A stretch of 64,000 nt of DNA from a virus: the IMG/VR virus record IMGVR_UViG_3300033412_000004, positions 1 through 64,000 of that record. One strand, written 5' to 3'. Made by a program: the position numbers and the translations under genes. Position 1 is the stretch's first letter. Each line of letters opens with the position of its first letter. Positions 1 to 10,151 of this stretch are shown in pieces. The notes below the pieces were generated by a model. That model was not told where the DNA came from, searched no databases, and saw only the letters and a program-made list of their open reading frames with translations.

Positions 1-663
1 CAACGTAGCTACGGTTTCACCGGGCGCGATGTCGACGGCGTTGTCGGTCCCAAGACGATGGGCCGGGCGATGACGATGGGTTTCGACCCGCTGTGGGACG
101 ACAGGGTCGATGATGACTCGAGCCCCAACTGGCCACCCACGCCGGCGGAGGGACCGCTGTCACCCGCGCTGCGGGGAGGCATCTTCGGCAACTTCGCCTA
201 CCGACCTGCGGGGTCGACGGCCAACCCGGAGGCGATCATCATCACTGACAACTGGGCCGCCTCCAACATCATGCAGGTCAACGTGCCGCAGCTGAAGGGC
301 GTGCAAGGCGCACCCACCACCTGCAACGTGCCGTTTCACAAGTTGGCGGCGAAGCAGCTGCAGGACACCTTTGCTGCTTGGGAAGCTGCGGGACACCGGG
401 ACAAGGTGTTGTCCTGGGCGGGCTCTTGGGCACCGCGGTTCATCCGCGGTTCGCGGGCGGTGCTGTCGAACCACGCTTGGGCGACGGCCTTCGACATCAA
501 CGTGCCCTGGAACGGCCTCGGCGCCCAACCGGCGTTGAAGGGCAAGAAAGGCTCTGTTCGAGAACTCGTCCAGATCGCCTACGACCACGGCTTCTATTGG
601 GGAGGCTGGTTCAAGGGCAGGCCGGACGGCATGCACTTTGAGGTCTTCAAGGTCCTTCCTTGA
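1..663 (+). CDS. Endolysin, M15-family Zn peptidase with N-terminal peptidoglycan-binding domain (5'-truncated by window)
   Basis: Frame is open from base 1 (QRSYGFTGRDVDGVVGPKTM, like the end of a PG_binding_1 domain). M15 motifs SNHAWATAFDIN and DGMHFE are present. Confidence 0.8.
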   Translation, partial: QRSYGFTGRDVDGVVGPKTMGRAMTMGFDPLWDDRVDDDSSPNWPPTPAEGPLSPALRGGIFGNFAYRPAGSTANPEAIIITDNWAASNIMQVNVPQLKGVQGAPTTCNVPFHKLAAKQLQDTFAAWEAAGHRDKVLSWAGSWAPRFIRGSRAVLSNHAWATAFDINVPWNGLGAQPALKGKKGSVRELVQIAYDHGFYWGGWFKGRPDGMHFEVFKVLP

Positions 664-836
664 GGCCCACCCGTGACCACAAGAAAAACCCGTGACGGCC
701 TGACCAAGGCCAACCTTGCTTTCTTTCGCAGAGTTCCTGTAGGGGACCGGGACCTACTTATCACGAGTCGTAGCCGGGACGGCGCCCCGGCCCGGTGCCG
801 GGCGGTATATTTCACCGAGGACGGGCAGGGCAGTAG

Positions 837-1280
837 ATGACGGCGCTCAGAGTCGTAACAGACCATCAGGAGCTAGAGAACTCGGGGTCAGTCACCCACG
901 CCGAGCTCGACTCCTATGTCAACACGACTCCGTTCGTCATCGCGTCGGGCGTCGCCGGCGCAGTACCGCCCAACGCTCGAAGGCTGAAGGCCGGTCCGGG
1001 CATCAACATCGTCGACACTGGAACCGAGCTGATCGTCTCAGCCTCGGCCGGCACCATCACCCAGTGGATGGAACTCCCCTCGGGAGTGCGAGACGGCGCC
1101 AACAAGGACTTCGTGCTAGCTTTCGCACCATCGCCTGCAGCAGCCTTGATGTTTTTCATCAACGGCGTCCTCCAGGAACAAGGCACCGACAGTGACTACA
1201 ACCTGGTGTCAGGCAACATCGTCCACGTCAACTACAACTATCGCAGCGGTTCGAACATGAGAGCGACGTACCCGTACTGA
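837..1280 (+). CDS. Putative virion structural/decoration protein
   Basis: DGANKDFVL...FINGVLQ...DY beta-sandwich pattern seen in large-phage virion proteins; TACTTA box upstream. Confidence 0.5.
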   Translation: MTALRVVTDHQELENSGSVTHAELDSYVNTTPFVIASGVAGAVPPNARRLKAGPGINIVDTGTELIVSASAGTITQWMELPSGVRDGANKDFVLAFAPSPAAALMFFINGVLQEQGTDSDYNLVSGNIVHVNYNYRSGSNMRATYPY

Positions 1281-1348
1281 GCGAATTCGGTACGAACGCG
1301 AATACTTATGACCGCGCGGGAAACCGGCCCGCTCAGAGGTAGACACCA

Positions 1349-2932
1349 ATGGCCCGCACATTCGTTTCACAGCCCACCCAGATCTTCAATACGGAGAACT
1401 ACGACGATACGCTTGTCGCAGGCTCCACGTTGCAGACGACTGCTTCCAACCTGGAGGCAGACCTCAACGCCATCAGGTCGCAGATCCGCAGGATCCTGTG
1501 GGCCGGCGTGTCGGGTTCCTGGTACGATGGCATCACCGCTCCGTCGGGTTCCAACTCGGCGCGTGGTCTGAACACCATCAACCTCGACCTGTCCGACCTC
1601 GAGCAGAAGCGGTTCCTCTTCCGTCGGCAGAACCTCAACCTCGTCAACGTGGCGACGGGCTCGAACTTTGCGCTGCTGAGCACTTCGCTGGGCACCGCGC
1701 CCGCGAACTTCGCCGCAGTCGGCATCACGCTGCAGACGGGTTCAGTCGTCGCGCTCCTCGGTCCAGGCGATGGCGAAGGCGTCTACGGCAGCCACTCGAT
1801 GGCGCAAGTTTCCGGTTCAACGGTGTTGACTCCGAAGAACCTCGTCATTGTCCGCGACGCGTGGACGGGTCTCCACCTGACCGGCTCGCCGGGCCGCGAC
1901 ATCTACGGTTTGATCCAGGTCGAATCAGGCACCCTGTCGGGTGATTCCTTCGACGACGTCATTCACCGTACTCAGATCTCGTTCGTCGAAGAGACGATCC
2001 TCAACGGCACCGCTTCATTCGTGGCGACCCCCGCGGGTCCCATCGGCGGCCGGACCATCATGTACTCCTACCCGCGTAGGACGGCACTTGATGACATCCC
2101 TGAGGATGCATACTTCAGCAACTCCGTCTTCCTCGACGTGGCCGAGACCTTCTCGGGCTCGTTCGCCACGCTGGCTGACATCACCCTCGATCGGGCGATC
2201 GACAACCAGGTCGGCCAAGTGTCAATGGACCAGAGCATCGCCATCCGCATCGCGGCAGGCTTCTCCTGGACCTTCCTCTCCGGCACCAAGGAACTGTGGA
2301 AGCTGACGTCGTCCGACTCCGGCGATTCGCTGGCAGTTGCGGTCGACAACTTGTCCTTCAACACCGCCACGCCGGCGCAGTTCACTGACGGCGTTCGCGT
2401 CGCCACGGGTCTCTCAGAGATCCAGCTCGGCGTCGTGTCCGGCACCATCAACACCCTGACGGGTACCTCGCTGTCGCTGAAGGGCGGTCAGCTGCTGAAG
2501 TTCAGCGATGTCTTCGGTGACACCTCGACCTACCTCGGCGGTCAGATCCCGTTTGCCACGGCAACGTTGGAGTGGAACAACTTCTCGTCTGACTTCGGCA
2601 ATGCGACTTCACTGCTCGGTGCGCTGCACATCCTGTCGCAGTCGCTCAGCAGCTCGGTTCGTCACAACCGCTTCAACGCAGGCGTCACGGTCGGTACGTT
2701 GGCAGACGTCAACATCACCTTCCCGACCAACCTGGATGCACAGTTGGGCAGCTACGTCGGTCGCGACTTCAAGAAGGACCTCGAGATCTACCTCAACGGC
2801 ATCCTGCTGTTGCCGGGCGCTTCGGTGGGCGATCCCAACGACGTCTACCCGGGCACCGCAGCATCGACGGGCGACCTCAAGTTCCCGTACAAGTTGCGGT
2901 CTGGTTCGCAGATCGCCATGGTCATCTACTGA
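1349..2932 (+). CDS. Putative virion structural protein, S/T/G-rich
   Basis: 527 aa, beta-rich, many xGS turns, C-terminal YLNGILL module; TACTTA at 1303 and GAGG RBS. Confidence 0.55.
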   Translation: MARTFVSQPTQIFNTENYDDTLVAGSTLQTTASNLEADLNAIRSQIRRILWAGVSGSWYDGITAPSGSNSARGLNTINLDLSDLEQKRFLFRRQNLNLVNVATGSNFALLSTSLGTAPANFAAVGITLQTGSVVALLGPGDGEGVYGSHSMAQVSGSTVLTPKNLVIVRDAWTGLHLTGSPGRDIYGLIQVESGTLSGDSFDDVIHRTQISFVEETILNGTASFVATPAGPIGGRTIMYSYPRRTALDDIPEDAYFSNSVFLDVAETFSGSFATLADITLDRAIDNQVGQVSMDQSIAIRIAAGFSWTFLSGTKELWKLTSSDSGDSLAVAVDNLSFNTATPAQFTDGVRVATGLSEIQLGVVSGTINTLTGTSLSLKGGQLLKFSDVFGDTSTYLGGQIPFATATLEWNNFSSDFGNATSLLGALHILSQSLSSSVRHNRFNAGVTVGTLADVNITFPTNLDAQLGSYVGRDFKKDLEIYLNGILLLPGASVGDPNDVYPGTAASTGDLKFPYKLRSGSQIAMVIY

Positions 2933-2972
2933 TACTGGTTACGCGGCCTGCTGATCGCCATACAATAAACGT

Positions 2973-3476
2973 ATGAGTGATTATCAGGCAGGCCGCACCA
3001 GCGCAGTATTTGCTGCCGGTGGCAAGGTCGAAGACCTCAGCGAAACGTACGAGTCTGAAGCCCGTAACCTGGAGGCGATGAAGGTCGCCTTCGGCATGGC
3101 GGGCAAGACGCTTGAGAACTACCAGCAGCAGATGCTCAAAGAGCTGCAGGAGTCCAAGATTCCGTTGAAAGAAGCGGAGTACGGCAAGGTCTACATCAAC
3201 CGTTGCATCGACCTGATGCGGCAGCTGTACAACGACACCGAAGCCAAACGCCTCCAGGCCAAGGGAGCAGCTGAGGCGATGAAGCAGGCTGTCGCTAGCC
3301 TGAAGCGGCTCTATGATGAGGAGCGGACCAAACTGTCCTCTCATGAGGAGTGGGAGAAGAATCCGAATCCCAAGGAGCGCCCCGTTGGCGCGGATCCGCA
3401 GGTGGCTGAGACCGAGAAGCCTGAACCGTCACCTCCCGACAAGAAGCGAAGGAAGTCCAAGGCCAGCGCGGCCTAG
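2973..3476 (+). CDS. Hypothetical coiled-coil protein
   Basis: 167-aa helical charged ORF; GTTACG-17-TACAAT immediately upstream. Confidence 0.6.
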   Translation: MSDYQAGRTSAVFAAGGKVEDLSETYESEARNLEAMKVAFGMAGKTLENYQQQMLKELQESKIPLKEAEYGKVYINRCIDLMRQLYNDTEAKRLQAKGAAEAMKQAVASLKRLYDEERTKLSSHEEWEKNPNPKERPVGADPQVAETEKPEPSPPDKKRRKSKASAA

Positions 3477-3488
3477 TTATGGCCTGGC

Positions 3489-3977
3489 ATGCCCAGGACA
3501 CCCGACTACTTTCCTGGTGAGCGAGAAGAAGAAAGTCTTCTCCTCATTTCGGGCTCTGAATCACCGGCGAAGAACGGCGAGATCACCTATGTCTCGGGTT
3601 CGGGCTTTCAGTTCTATGAAGAAGGCGTCGTCAGGACGCTGTCGTCTTCATCGGGCATTTCGTTCAACGACCACCAGACGCTGCGGCAACTCATCCACTT
3701 CATTGATGACGGACCGGCGCTCGGTTTCACCAATGGTTGTTACAAGGAAACGTTGCCGACCGCAGATCCTTTTCCTACTCTGGAAATCTGGTGGGAGTCG
3801 CCTGCAAAATTGAAGAAGATCGTGCAGCTCGAGGTGACGCGCAGCATGGGTACATTTCCGACGGAAGAGACATGGAAGATGTTTGGCAGCGATGGCATCT
3901 CCGTCATCGAGCGGGTGACGGACACCATTACCTACTCGGGTGCGTTTGAACTGTTCCGGTCGAGGTCGTTGGCATGA
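3489..3977 (+). CDS. Putative virion protein
   Basis: 162-aa ORF overlapping the next gene (ATGA); TAGTTA box at 3474. Confidence 0.5.
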   Translation: MPRTPDYFPGEREEESLLLISGSESPAKNGEITYVSGSGFQFYEEGVVRTLSSSSGISFNDHQTLRQLIHFIDDGPALGFTNGCYKETLPTADPFPTLEIWWESPAKLKKIVQLEVTRSMGTFPTEETWKMFGSDGISVIERVTDTITYSGAFELFRSRSLA

Positions 3978-6094
3978 GCTCTCGTAGTCCTGCAGCCATC
4001 CTGTTCGACATCAGCGGCAGCACCTTTGCAGTGCCGGGCAATCCGGCTTACGTGTCAGGCACCGTTGGAGTTACGGGCTCGATCGGCGTCACCAATTTTC
4101 CGACCATTCAACGCGTCACCGGCAGCGTCGGCATCGACGGCATCACCTTCCCCGAATCGATCACGGTGACGACGACAGGCTCACTGCCGGTCACTGGTTC
4201 GGTGGAGGTCACCAACAACGTGCCCGTGACAGTCACGTCGCCGGTCAAAGTATACGACACCGGTGTCCAGGCTGTCAGCGGTAGCGTCGCGGTCTACACC
4301 CAGGGCCCACAGGCCGTCTCAGGTAGCGTTACTATCGCCGGGTCGGTAGCAACCTATACGCAGGGTCCTCAGTTGATCTCGGGCACTGTCGCGGTGTCTG
4401 GTTCAGTCGCTGTCTACACCCAGGGTCCTCAAGCTGTAACCGGCACCGTCGGCGTCAACAATTTCCCGGCGACTCAGAACGTCAGCGGCACTGTCTTCGT
4501 CACTACGACAGGTTCCTTCCCGGTGACGGTGCAAGGCATTCCTCAGATCACCGGATCTGTTGGTGTGACGGGTAGCGTTGGGATCACCAACTTCCCGCCC
4601 GTACAGACGATCACCGGGTCTGTTTCTATCACGAACCAAGTGACCTTCACGTCATCGGGTTCTATCGCGGTTACCGGATCTGTCGCGGTGACTGGTTCAG
4701 TCGCTCTGACGGCCGCCGTCAATCTGGTCAGTGGTTCAGTCACTAAACCTTTCTCGGCCGAACCTACGGGCGGCCGCCGAACGATCCTCAGCGGCGCTAC
4801 AGTCACATCTGACGGCTATGCGGTGCTGACGTGGCAGGGCTGGAGCGAATGGTATCTGATCGTCAATGCGTCAGGTTCCATCGGCGGCACGTCTCCCACG
4901 CTGCAGTTCTTTATTGAAGAGGTTGACCCGATCGATCAGACGACCGTCGTTGGTCAGATGATCACCGGTTCGATCATCACCGGCAGCAACCGAGTTGATG
5001 TTTTGCAGTTGGTCGACACCCTGACGGACACCTTCAAGATCCGGTGGCACGTTACTGGAGCCAGTCCATCGTTTGCTGGCGTCAACGCCTCATGGGTGGG
5101 TCACGCAGCGGGCAACGCCATCGAAGGCCAGACCGCGGCCGGCAATCTGCTCGATGAACCGCCTGTTCCCATTGCCGGCATTGACGACAATGGGTTGGTT
5201 CAGTACGTTCAGATCGATGCGTCCGGTCGAATTCGAGTCTCACCCACGACTGCGGGTGTTCGACAATCGATTCGACTAGATGGAGGTCTGGCAGCAGCAA
5301 CGGCTTCCTACCTCGATTACACTGTACCTACGACGAGCTCGTTCTTGGCACAGTACTTCTATGTTGGTGGCGAGGGAGGCACTCTGCGGGGGACGCTGGC
5401 GGGGCACATGACCGGTAGCACGTCGATGATCCTCAATGGTGACATGGAAAATTCGGCATCCGTTCAGGCGTGGGCGGCGGTCGCAGGAACCTTCACCGCT
5501 CCGAGCCCCGACCTGTCAACTGTCCAGGCATACACGGGTACAGGTTCATTTCGTTGGATCTACGCCAGTAGTGCGACGGCACTGCAACGCCGACAGACGT
5601 TCAACCCGACGATTGATCTCTCCGGTTATCGCTACCTGCGTGTTCGTTTCTTCAATGACAGTACTACGGGTGTGACACGAACGATCAGCCTGGTCCTTGC
5701 GTCAGGTACGCCCACGCGTACTTACTCACTGTCGGCACTCTTGCCGAGCTCGGTGCTACAGTCAGGTAGTTGGACAACGTTGACGGCGGACCTAGAGAAT
5801 CCGACATCAACGACCGGCACGGGATTTGACTTGACGTCAATCTCTACGATCACTTTGCAGATGCAAGACAGCGCCAACAAGACGGGCACCGTCTATTGGG
5901 ATACCGTGCGCCAAGAAGACCAGTTTGACATTCGACACCGCCTCTACAGCTCCAACGGTAACACAGTCACCATCAATCTAGATCCTTCTGAGTTCTTTGC
6001 CGCAGGTTCACAGGTCTACGTAATCGTAAAGAACCTCGGTAACGTAAAGGTCAATGCTACCGCCATTGCTGGCGGCACCCTGGAGGATGCATGA
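3974..6094 (+). CDS. Tail fibre/adhesin-like protein with V-T/S-G-S-V repeats and a C-terminal carbohydrate-binding-like domain
   Basis: The N-terminal third is built of VTGSV/VSGSV/TNFP repeats. The C-terminal NGDMEN...VYWDTVR pattern resembles a CBM-type jelly roll. Confidence 0.55.
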   Translation: MSSRSPAAILFDISGSTFAVPGNPAYVSGTVGVTGSIGVTNFPTIQRVTGSVGIDGITFPESITVTTTGSLPVTGSVEVTNNVPVTVTSPVKVYDTGVQAVSGSVAVYTQGPQAVSGSVTIAGSVATYTQGPQLISGTVAVSGSVAVYTQGPQAVTGTVGVNNFPATQNVSGTVFVTTTGSFPVTVQGIPQITGSVGVTGSVGITNFPPVQTITGSVSITNQVTFTSSGSIAVTGSVAVTGSVALTAAVNLVSGSVTKPFSAEPTGGRRTILSGATVTSDGYAVLTWQGWSEWYLIVNASGSIGGTSPTLQFFIEEVDPIDQTTVVGQMITGSIITGSNRVDVLQLVDTLTDTFKIRWHVTGASPSFAGVNASWVGHAAGNAIEGQTAAGNLLDEPPVPIAGIDDNGLVQYVQIDASGRIRVSPTTAGVRQSIRLDGGLAAATASYLDYTVPTTSSFLAQYFYVGGEGGTLRGTLAGHMTGSTSMILNGDMENSASVQAWAAVAGTFTAPSPDLSTVQAYTGTGSFRWIYASSATALQRRQTFNPTIDLSGYRYLRVRFFNDSTTGVTRTISLVLASGTPTRTYSLSALLPSSVLQSGSWTTLTADLENPTSTTGTGFDLTSISTITLQMQDSANKTGTVYWDTVRQEDQFDIRHRLYSSNGNTVTINLDPSEFFAAGSQVYVIVKNLGNVKVNATAIAGGTLEDA
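4040..4740 (+). repeat. Imperfect coding repeats (VTGSVxVTNFP / AVSGSVAVYTQGPQ)
   Basis: Repeats are visible in the translation; GTCTACACCCAGGG recurs at ~4292 and ~4412. Confidence 0.7.
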
Positions 6095-7107
6095 GCCTTT
6101 CACTGAGCAATTCAGCGTTGACTGTGTACGTGTCGTGGCCGGCACTGAAAGTGCTGGCCGACCGCAAGTCACTATCGCTTCAGTACGTTCAGGATCTGGG
6201 AAACTACAATCAGTACCAGATCTTTGGACTTGATGGGCGAGTGTTGTACCGCAGCAACATCTACAGCGCTTCATTTCCCAATTTCATCGATCCCGATTCG
6301 GGCGACCCGGAGACGCGAGAGCTCAATGACGCGTACTTGTACGACTTTGAGTCGAACTACATGGCGTCCATGAACCTGGCGATCAACCTGTACCAGGACG
6401 GTGATCCTCGTTGGGTCTTCAGGTTGGGAAACATGACCACGACGGGTAGCACCGAACTGTTGGTGTCGAACAACGGTTACTTCGAACAATCGTCGCAAGG
6501 TCAACGAGGCGTCAAGTCAACCAGCGCTAACGACACCAACCCGGCAGGCAGCGGTGCGAAAGTTGTTAGGCTGACGTTCCTCAATTCGAACTACCAGAGG
6601 AAAGTCGAAGACATCGCCCTCAACGGTACTAACACAGTCGCCACGGTCGCCACTGACATCCGGTTCGTAGAGAAGTTTGAGGTCATCAGGGGCACTGCTG
6701 CTGCGGGCAAGATCACGCTGTGCACTGGATCGAATGGCTTGGGTGAAATCTGCAGCATCGGCGTCTCGACGACAGACGCATTTCTGTGTCACCACTACGT
6801 GCCGTCTGGATCGAAAGCCGAAGTCATTGAGTGGGACGTAACGTCCAGCGACGATGCGTTGATGAGGTTGAAAGGCCAACAGTGGGTCAACGGCAACCAG
6901 GTCGATCCCGTGATCTTTGACCTAGAGAACTTGGTCGGCATCGCATCAGGATCACTGCTCAATTTCACTCGGCGGTTTCGGTCGATGCCCCTTCAGGAAA
7001 AGACTTACGTTCGCATCACCGCTCAGTCTCAGCAAGGCACGCAGACGACCATTCGAGCTCGGTTGAACGTCTGGGAAGATGTCTTGTACGTTACCGGCTC
7101 ATCGTGA
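6091..7107 (+). CDS. Putative virion/fibre-associated protein
   Basis: STSANDT..GSGAKVV..EDIALNGT pattern typical of phage virion beta proteins; coupled to the previous gene. Confidence 0.5.
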   Translation: MSLSLSNSALTVYVSWPALKVLADRKSLSLQYVQDLGNYNQYQIFGLDGRVLYRSNIYSASFPNFIDPDSGDPETRELNDAYLYDFESNYMASMNLAINLYQDGDPRWVFRLGNMTTTGSTELLVSNNGYFEQSSQGQRGVKSTSANDTNPAGSGAKVVRLTFLNSNYQRKVEDIALNGTNTVATVATDIRFVEKFEVIRGTAAAGKITLCTGSNGLGEICSIGVSTTDAFLCHHYVPSGSKAEVIEWDVTSSDDALMRLKGQQWVNGNQVDPVIFDLENLVGIASGSLLNFTRRFRSMPLQEKTYVRITAQSQQGTQTTIRARLNVWEDVLYVTGSS

Positions 7108-7136
7108 TAAAATTCAACCCCTCAGGAGGACTCTCA

Positions 7137-8324
7137 ATGATGAAGAAACTGTGGTCTCTGCTAGCTACTGTCGTGCTTGTTGCATCGTGCGCGGGCGCCA
7201 ACTCTGAATCAGGCGGGGGAGGCAATGGACAAGTTCAGCAGGCGCTGGTCACTTGCCCGACGCCGGCCCAACTTGACACCGACCTGACGGCGGCGTCGCA
7301 GGGCGACGTCCTGAACTTGTCTGGTGTTGATCCCCTGGCGTGTCCGGAGATCCCGATGACACAGACGTGGGCGGGTGGCAGCCTGATCTTCTCTGATTCT
7401 CCCGAGACGGTGCCGACGCGGGGTAAGCTGTACGAGGACTCGTTCCCAGCGACCAGCGGCACCACGTACAATCGGATGTGGGTCTACCACGTCAATGGCA
7501 AAGCCAGCGGCAAGATGAAGCTGGCGATCCTGATCAAGAACACGGGTACGAGCACCGGCACGCTGACGATTCAAAAGAAGGGTCTAGCGGGTCCATCGAC
7601 GTCGTTCGTCACCGTGGGCAAGCTCGCCTTCCAGCGTTGGGAACAGTCGACCGCGGGCACCGGCGTCAGCGTTGCAGCAGGAGCGACGGTCCGACTCGAC
7701 TCAGCGAACTTCGAGCAGCTGTTCAACCCGGGTTACCTGATGCACGGCATCTACGACATCAGCATGACTCAGTCGTACAAGACAACGATCTGTGCCCTTG
7801 ATCAGAATGATAATCCGCTGACGGTGTGTCCGGGCCTGTCAGTGTTGGCGCGTGACGTCCATGACCGAGGTACCTTCCCGAATGCGGACAAGATCTACGA
7901 CACCCAGGCGGGCTTCGCCATCGACACCATTGATGGTATTCAACAGTTTCCGCTCAACAGCGATTCAGCTTCCGATCCGGCAGCAGTGGGAGTTGACGCA
8001 ACGGATGGGACCCCGATGACGCTCCACGGCAACATCGGCGTGCTCTATCGCATCCACTTGCTCAACGCATCAAGCGACGGCCAGAACGTGGGCTTCATTC
8101 TGAATCCGCGAGGTGGTTACTGGGGCAGTGCAGTCTATGCGATGCCGGGCCTACTGCCTGGAGGCGTGTTCCTGACGCCCGCAGCCAGCGAAGGCTTCAG
8201 CGACAACACCAAGGCGTGTGTCGAAGGTCGGTACACGCCAGGAGGTGGTCTGACGACATGGCTCCAATGGATGATGACCGGTGGGTCAAACGCCCCCGTC
8301 AGAGTCCTCGCTGTGCCGCACTGA
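7137..8324 (+). CDS. Secreted lipoprotein of unknown function
   Basis: AGGAGG RBS, signal MMKKLWSLLATVVLVAS-C (lipobox), Gly linker, QVQQAL, then an LIFSDSPE beta domain. Confidence 0.7.
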   Translation: MMKKLWSLLATVVLVASCAGANSESGGGGNGQVQQALVTCPTPAQLDTDLTAASQGDVLNLSGVDPLACPEIPMTQTWAGGSLIFSDSPETVPTRGKLYEDSFPATSGTTYNRMWVYHVNGKASGKMKLAILIKNTGTSTGTLTIQKKGLAGPSTSFVTVGKLAFQRWEQSTAGTGVSVAAGATVRLDSANFEQLFNPGYLMHGIYDISMTQSYKTTICALDQNDNPLTVCPGLSVLARDVHDRGTFPNADKIYDTQAGFAIDTIDGIQQFPLNSDSASDPAAVGVDATDGTPMTLHGNIGVLYRIHLLNASSDGQNVGFILNPRGGYWGSAVYAMPGLLPGGVFLTPAASEGFSDNTKACVEGRYTPGGGLTTWLQWMMTGGSNAPVRVLAVPH

Positions 8325-8329
8325 AAGTA

Positions 8330-8346
8330 GCGCTCGCCCGAGCGCG
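8330..8346 (+). terminator. GC hairpin after lipoprotein gene
   Basis: GCGCTC-GCCC-GAGCGC stem; no U tract. Confidence 0.3.
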
Positions 8347-8387
8347 AAGAGGCCCGCCGACGCCTACCTACGATCTAGGAGGTGTCG

Positions 8388-9254
8388 ATGCGGGCCTTGG
8401 TGCTTTCAGGGGGTGCAGTCAAGGGAGCTTATCAGGTCGGTGTCTTGAAGCGCTGGATGGGCGATCAGGGTCTCGACTACGACATCATGTGCGGCGTGTC
8501 GGTGGGCTCTCTCAACGTAGCCGGTCTAGCACTGACGCCCTTCGGTCACCCCGAAGTTGCCATCAAGTTCTTGGAAGACTTCTGGTTGTCGAAGGTCAAC
8601 ACCGCGGCAATCTACAAGCGTTGGTTCCCGTTCGGCCGCCTCCATGCACTGTGGTTGAAGTCAGTCTTCAACTCATCACCCCTGATCGACCTCGTCAAGA
8701 GCAACATGCACCTGGAAAAGATCGCATCCAACGGACGGCAGTTGGCCGTCGGCGCGGTGTGCCTGGACACGGGTGAAGAACGCTATGCACGGGAGACTGA
8801 ACCAAACTTCATCGACTGGGTCCTCGCCTCTGCCAGCTATCCCGTCTTCTTGAACCCAATCAAGATCGAAGGCAAGTGGTGGAGCGATGGCGGCATTCGT
8901 CACGTCACTCCCCTGGGTCAGGCCATCAGGATGGGAGCGACAGAGATCGACGTGGTGATGTGCTCCAACTTCAAGAACACTGACTTTGACGCTGAGAACG
9001 CGTCGGCAGTGCCTGACCTCGTCGTCAGGATGCTGGACTTGATGTCAGCGCAGATCATCCGCAACGACATCGAACAGTGCGGCTTGAAGAATGAACTGGC
9101 GGAGATCAACCCGAAGTACAAGAAGGTCACTGTCCGGGTCGTGATGCCCGAGAATGACCTAGTTAAGAACTCGCTGGAGTTTGACCCAGCGGATGTGCGT
9201 CGGATGATCGACCTCGGATACCATGACGCTGACCTTGCGGTAAATTGGACTTGA
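8388..9254 (+). CDS. Patatin-like phospholipase
   Basis: VLSGGAVKGAYQVG oxyanion loop, GVSVG nucleophile motif, DGG catalytic Asp; AGGAGG RBS. Confidence 0.9.
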   Translation: MRALVLSGGAVKGAYQVGVLKRWMGDQGLDYDIMCGVSVGSLNVAGLALTPFGHPEVAIKFLEDFWLSKVNTAAIYKRWFPFGRLHALWLKSVFNSSPLIDLVKSNMHLEKIASNGRQLAVGAVCLDTGEERYARETEPNFIDWVLASASYPVFLNPIKIEGKWWSDGGIRHVTPLGQAIRMGATEIDVVMCSNFKNTDFDAENASAVPDLVVRMLDLMSAQIIRNDIEQCGLKNELAEINPKYKKVTVRVVMPENDLVKNSLEFDPADVRRMIDLGYHDADLAVNWT

Positions 9255-9737
9255 ATGCTCGACCAGCTGCGTAACGCCAACTTCGGCAAGAATCGGGCCA
9301 ATGCCACCGGCTCGACCGGGGTGGGCTACACCCTGATGGACGTGTCGGGGTCGGTCATTGCCCCCAGGACCACGGCAGGTGTTTACCAGTTGGAGTCGGG
9401 TAGTGGACTGTATGCCGCCTATGTGACTTTTCCTGCTGACTTCCGTGGGCAGATCATGTGGGACACGGGCACCGCATTCGCCGACAAGTCGTACGCCGTG
9501 GAGCAGTACAACGTCGAGGAGAACAACCCGAAGGTCGATGACACCCTGCGGATGCTGACGATGATGTCTGGCACCTTGGCTCAGCTCTACGACATCAGCT
9601 TCGGTCGGTGGCACATCGTGGGCAATCAGATGGTCTTCTACAAAGAAGACAACGTGACTGAGGTTGCCCGGTTCAACCTGTTCGATGACACCGCGACGCC
9701 GTCGATGGACGCAGTCTTCCAGCGCACGAGGGTGTAA
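9255..9737 (+). CDS. Hypothetical (likely virion) protein
   Basis: 160-aa ORF, phage-like codon usage, coupled to its neighbours. Confidence 0.55.
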   Translation: MLDQLRNANFGKNRANATGSTGVGYTLMDVSGSVIAPRTTAGVYQLESGSGLYAAYVTFPADFRGQIMWDTGTAFADKSYAVEQYNVEENNPKVDDTLRMLTMMSGTLAQLYDISFGRWHIVGNQMVFYKEDNVTEVARFNLFDDTATPSMDAVFQRTRV

Positions 9738-10138
9738 TGCCGAGGATCATTGAAGGCACCGGCGGCGAGGCCACAGCACCGCACCCGTATGGACGGGTCA
9801 CCAATCGCATCATCACCCGTGGGATGGGGCCTCACATCAACCGCCTGGTGACGCAGGGTTACGGTGGCCCGCCACGGTCGATCACGGGGGTCATCACTCG
9901 ACGAATTGAGTTCGGTCCCAGCGGCAAGAAGCGCCGAACCGAGGGCCTCGACGAAATTATCGTTTGGGCCAAGCTGGTGGGCGTTGACGGCAAGCCCCCG
10001 CCCAAGAAGATCGAAGGCTTCGTTCGTGTCGGAGTCAACAAGGATGCTGGCTTTGCCCGAGCGATGGCAGAGCACGTATCGACCAGGGTCAGGCAGGCCT
10101 GGGAAGACATCAGCATCATCGTCAAACGCCTCAAGTGA
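9737..10138 (+). CDS. Hypothetical basic protein
   Basis: 133-aa ORF with TAATG coupling. Confidence 0.55.
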   Translation: MPRIIEGTGGEATAPHPYGRVTNRIITRGMGPHINRLVTQGYGGPPRSITGVITRRIEFGPSGKKRRTEGLDEIIVWAKLVGVDGKPPPKKIEGFVRVGVNKDAGFARAMAEHVSTRVRQAWEDISIIVKRLK

Positions 10139-10140
10139 GG

Positions 10141-10146
10141 TACTTA
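10141..10146 (+). promoter_or_regulatory. Late-type promoter box, probable leaderless start
   Basis: TACTTA-5nt-ATG, with no SD between. Confidence 0.55.
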
Positions 10147-10151
10147 AGCGA

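Noticed and set aside
9864-10151. 96-aa N-terminal extension of the ART-like ORF in the track
   Set aside because: It overlaps gene 9737..10138 in another frame; the late box and tag point to ATG 10152.
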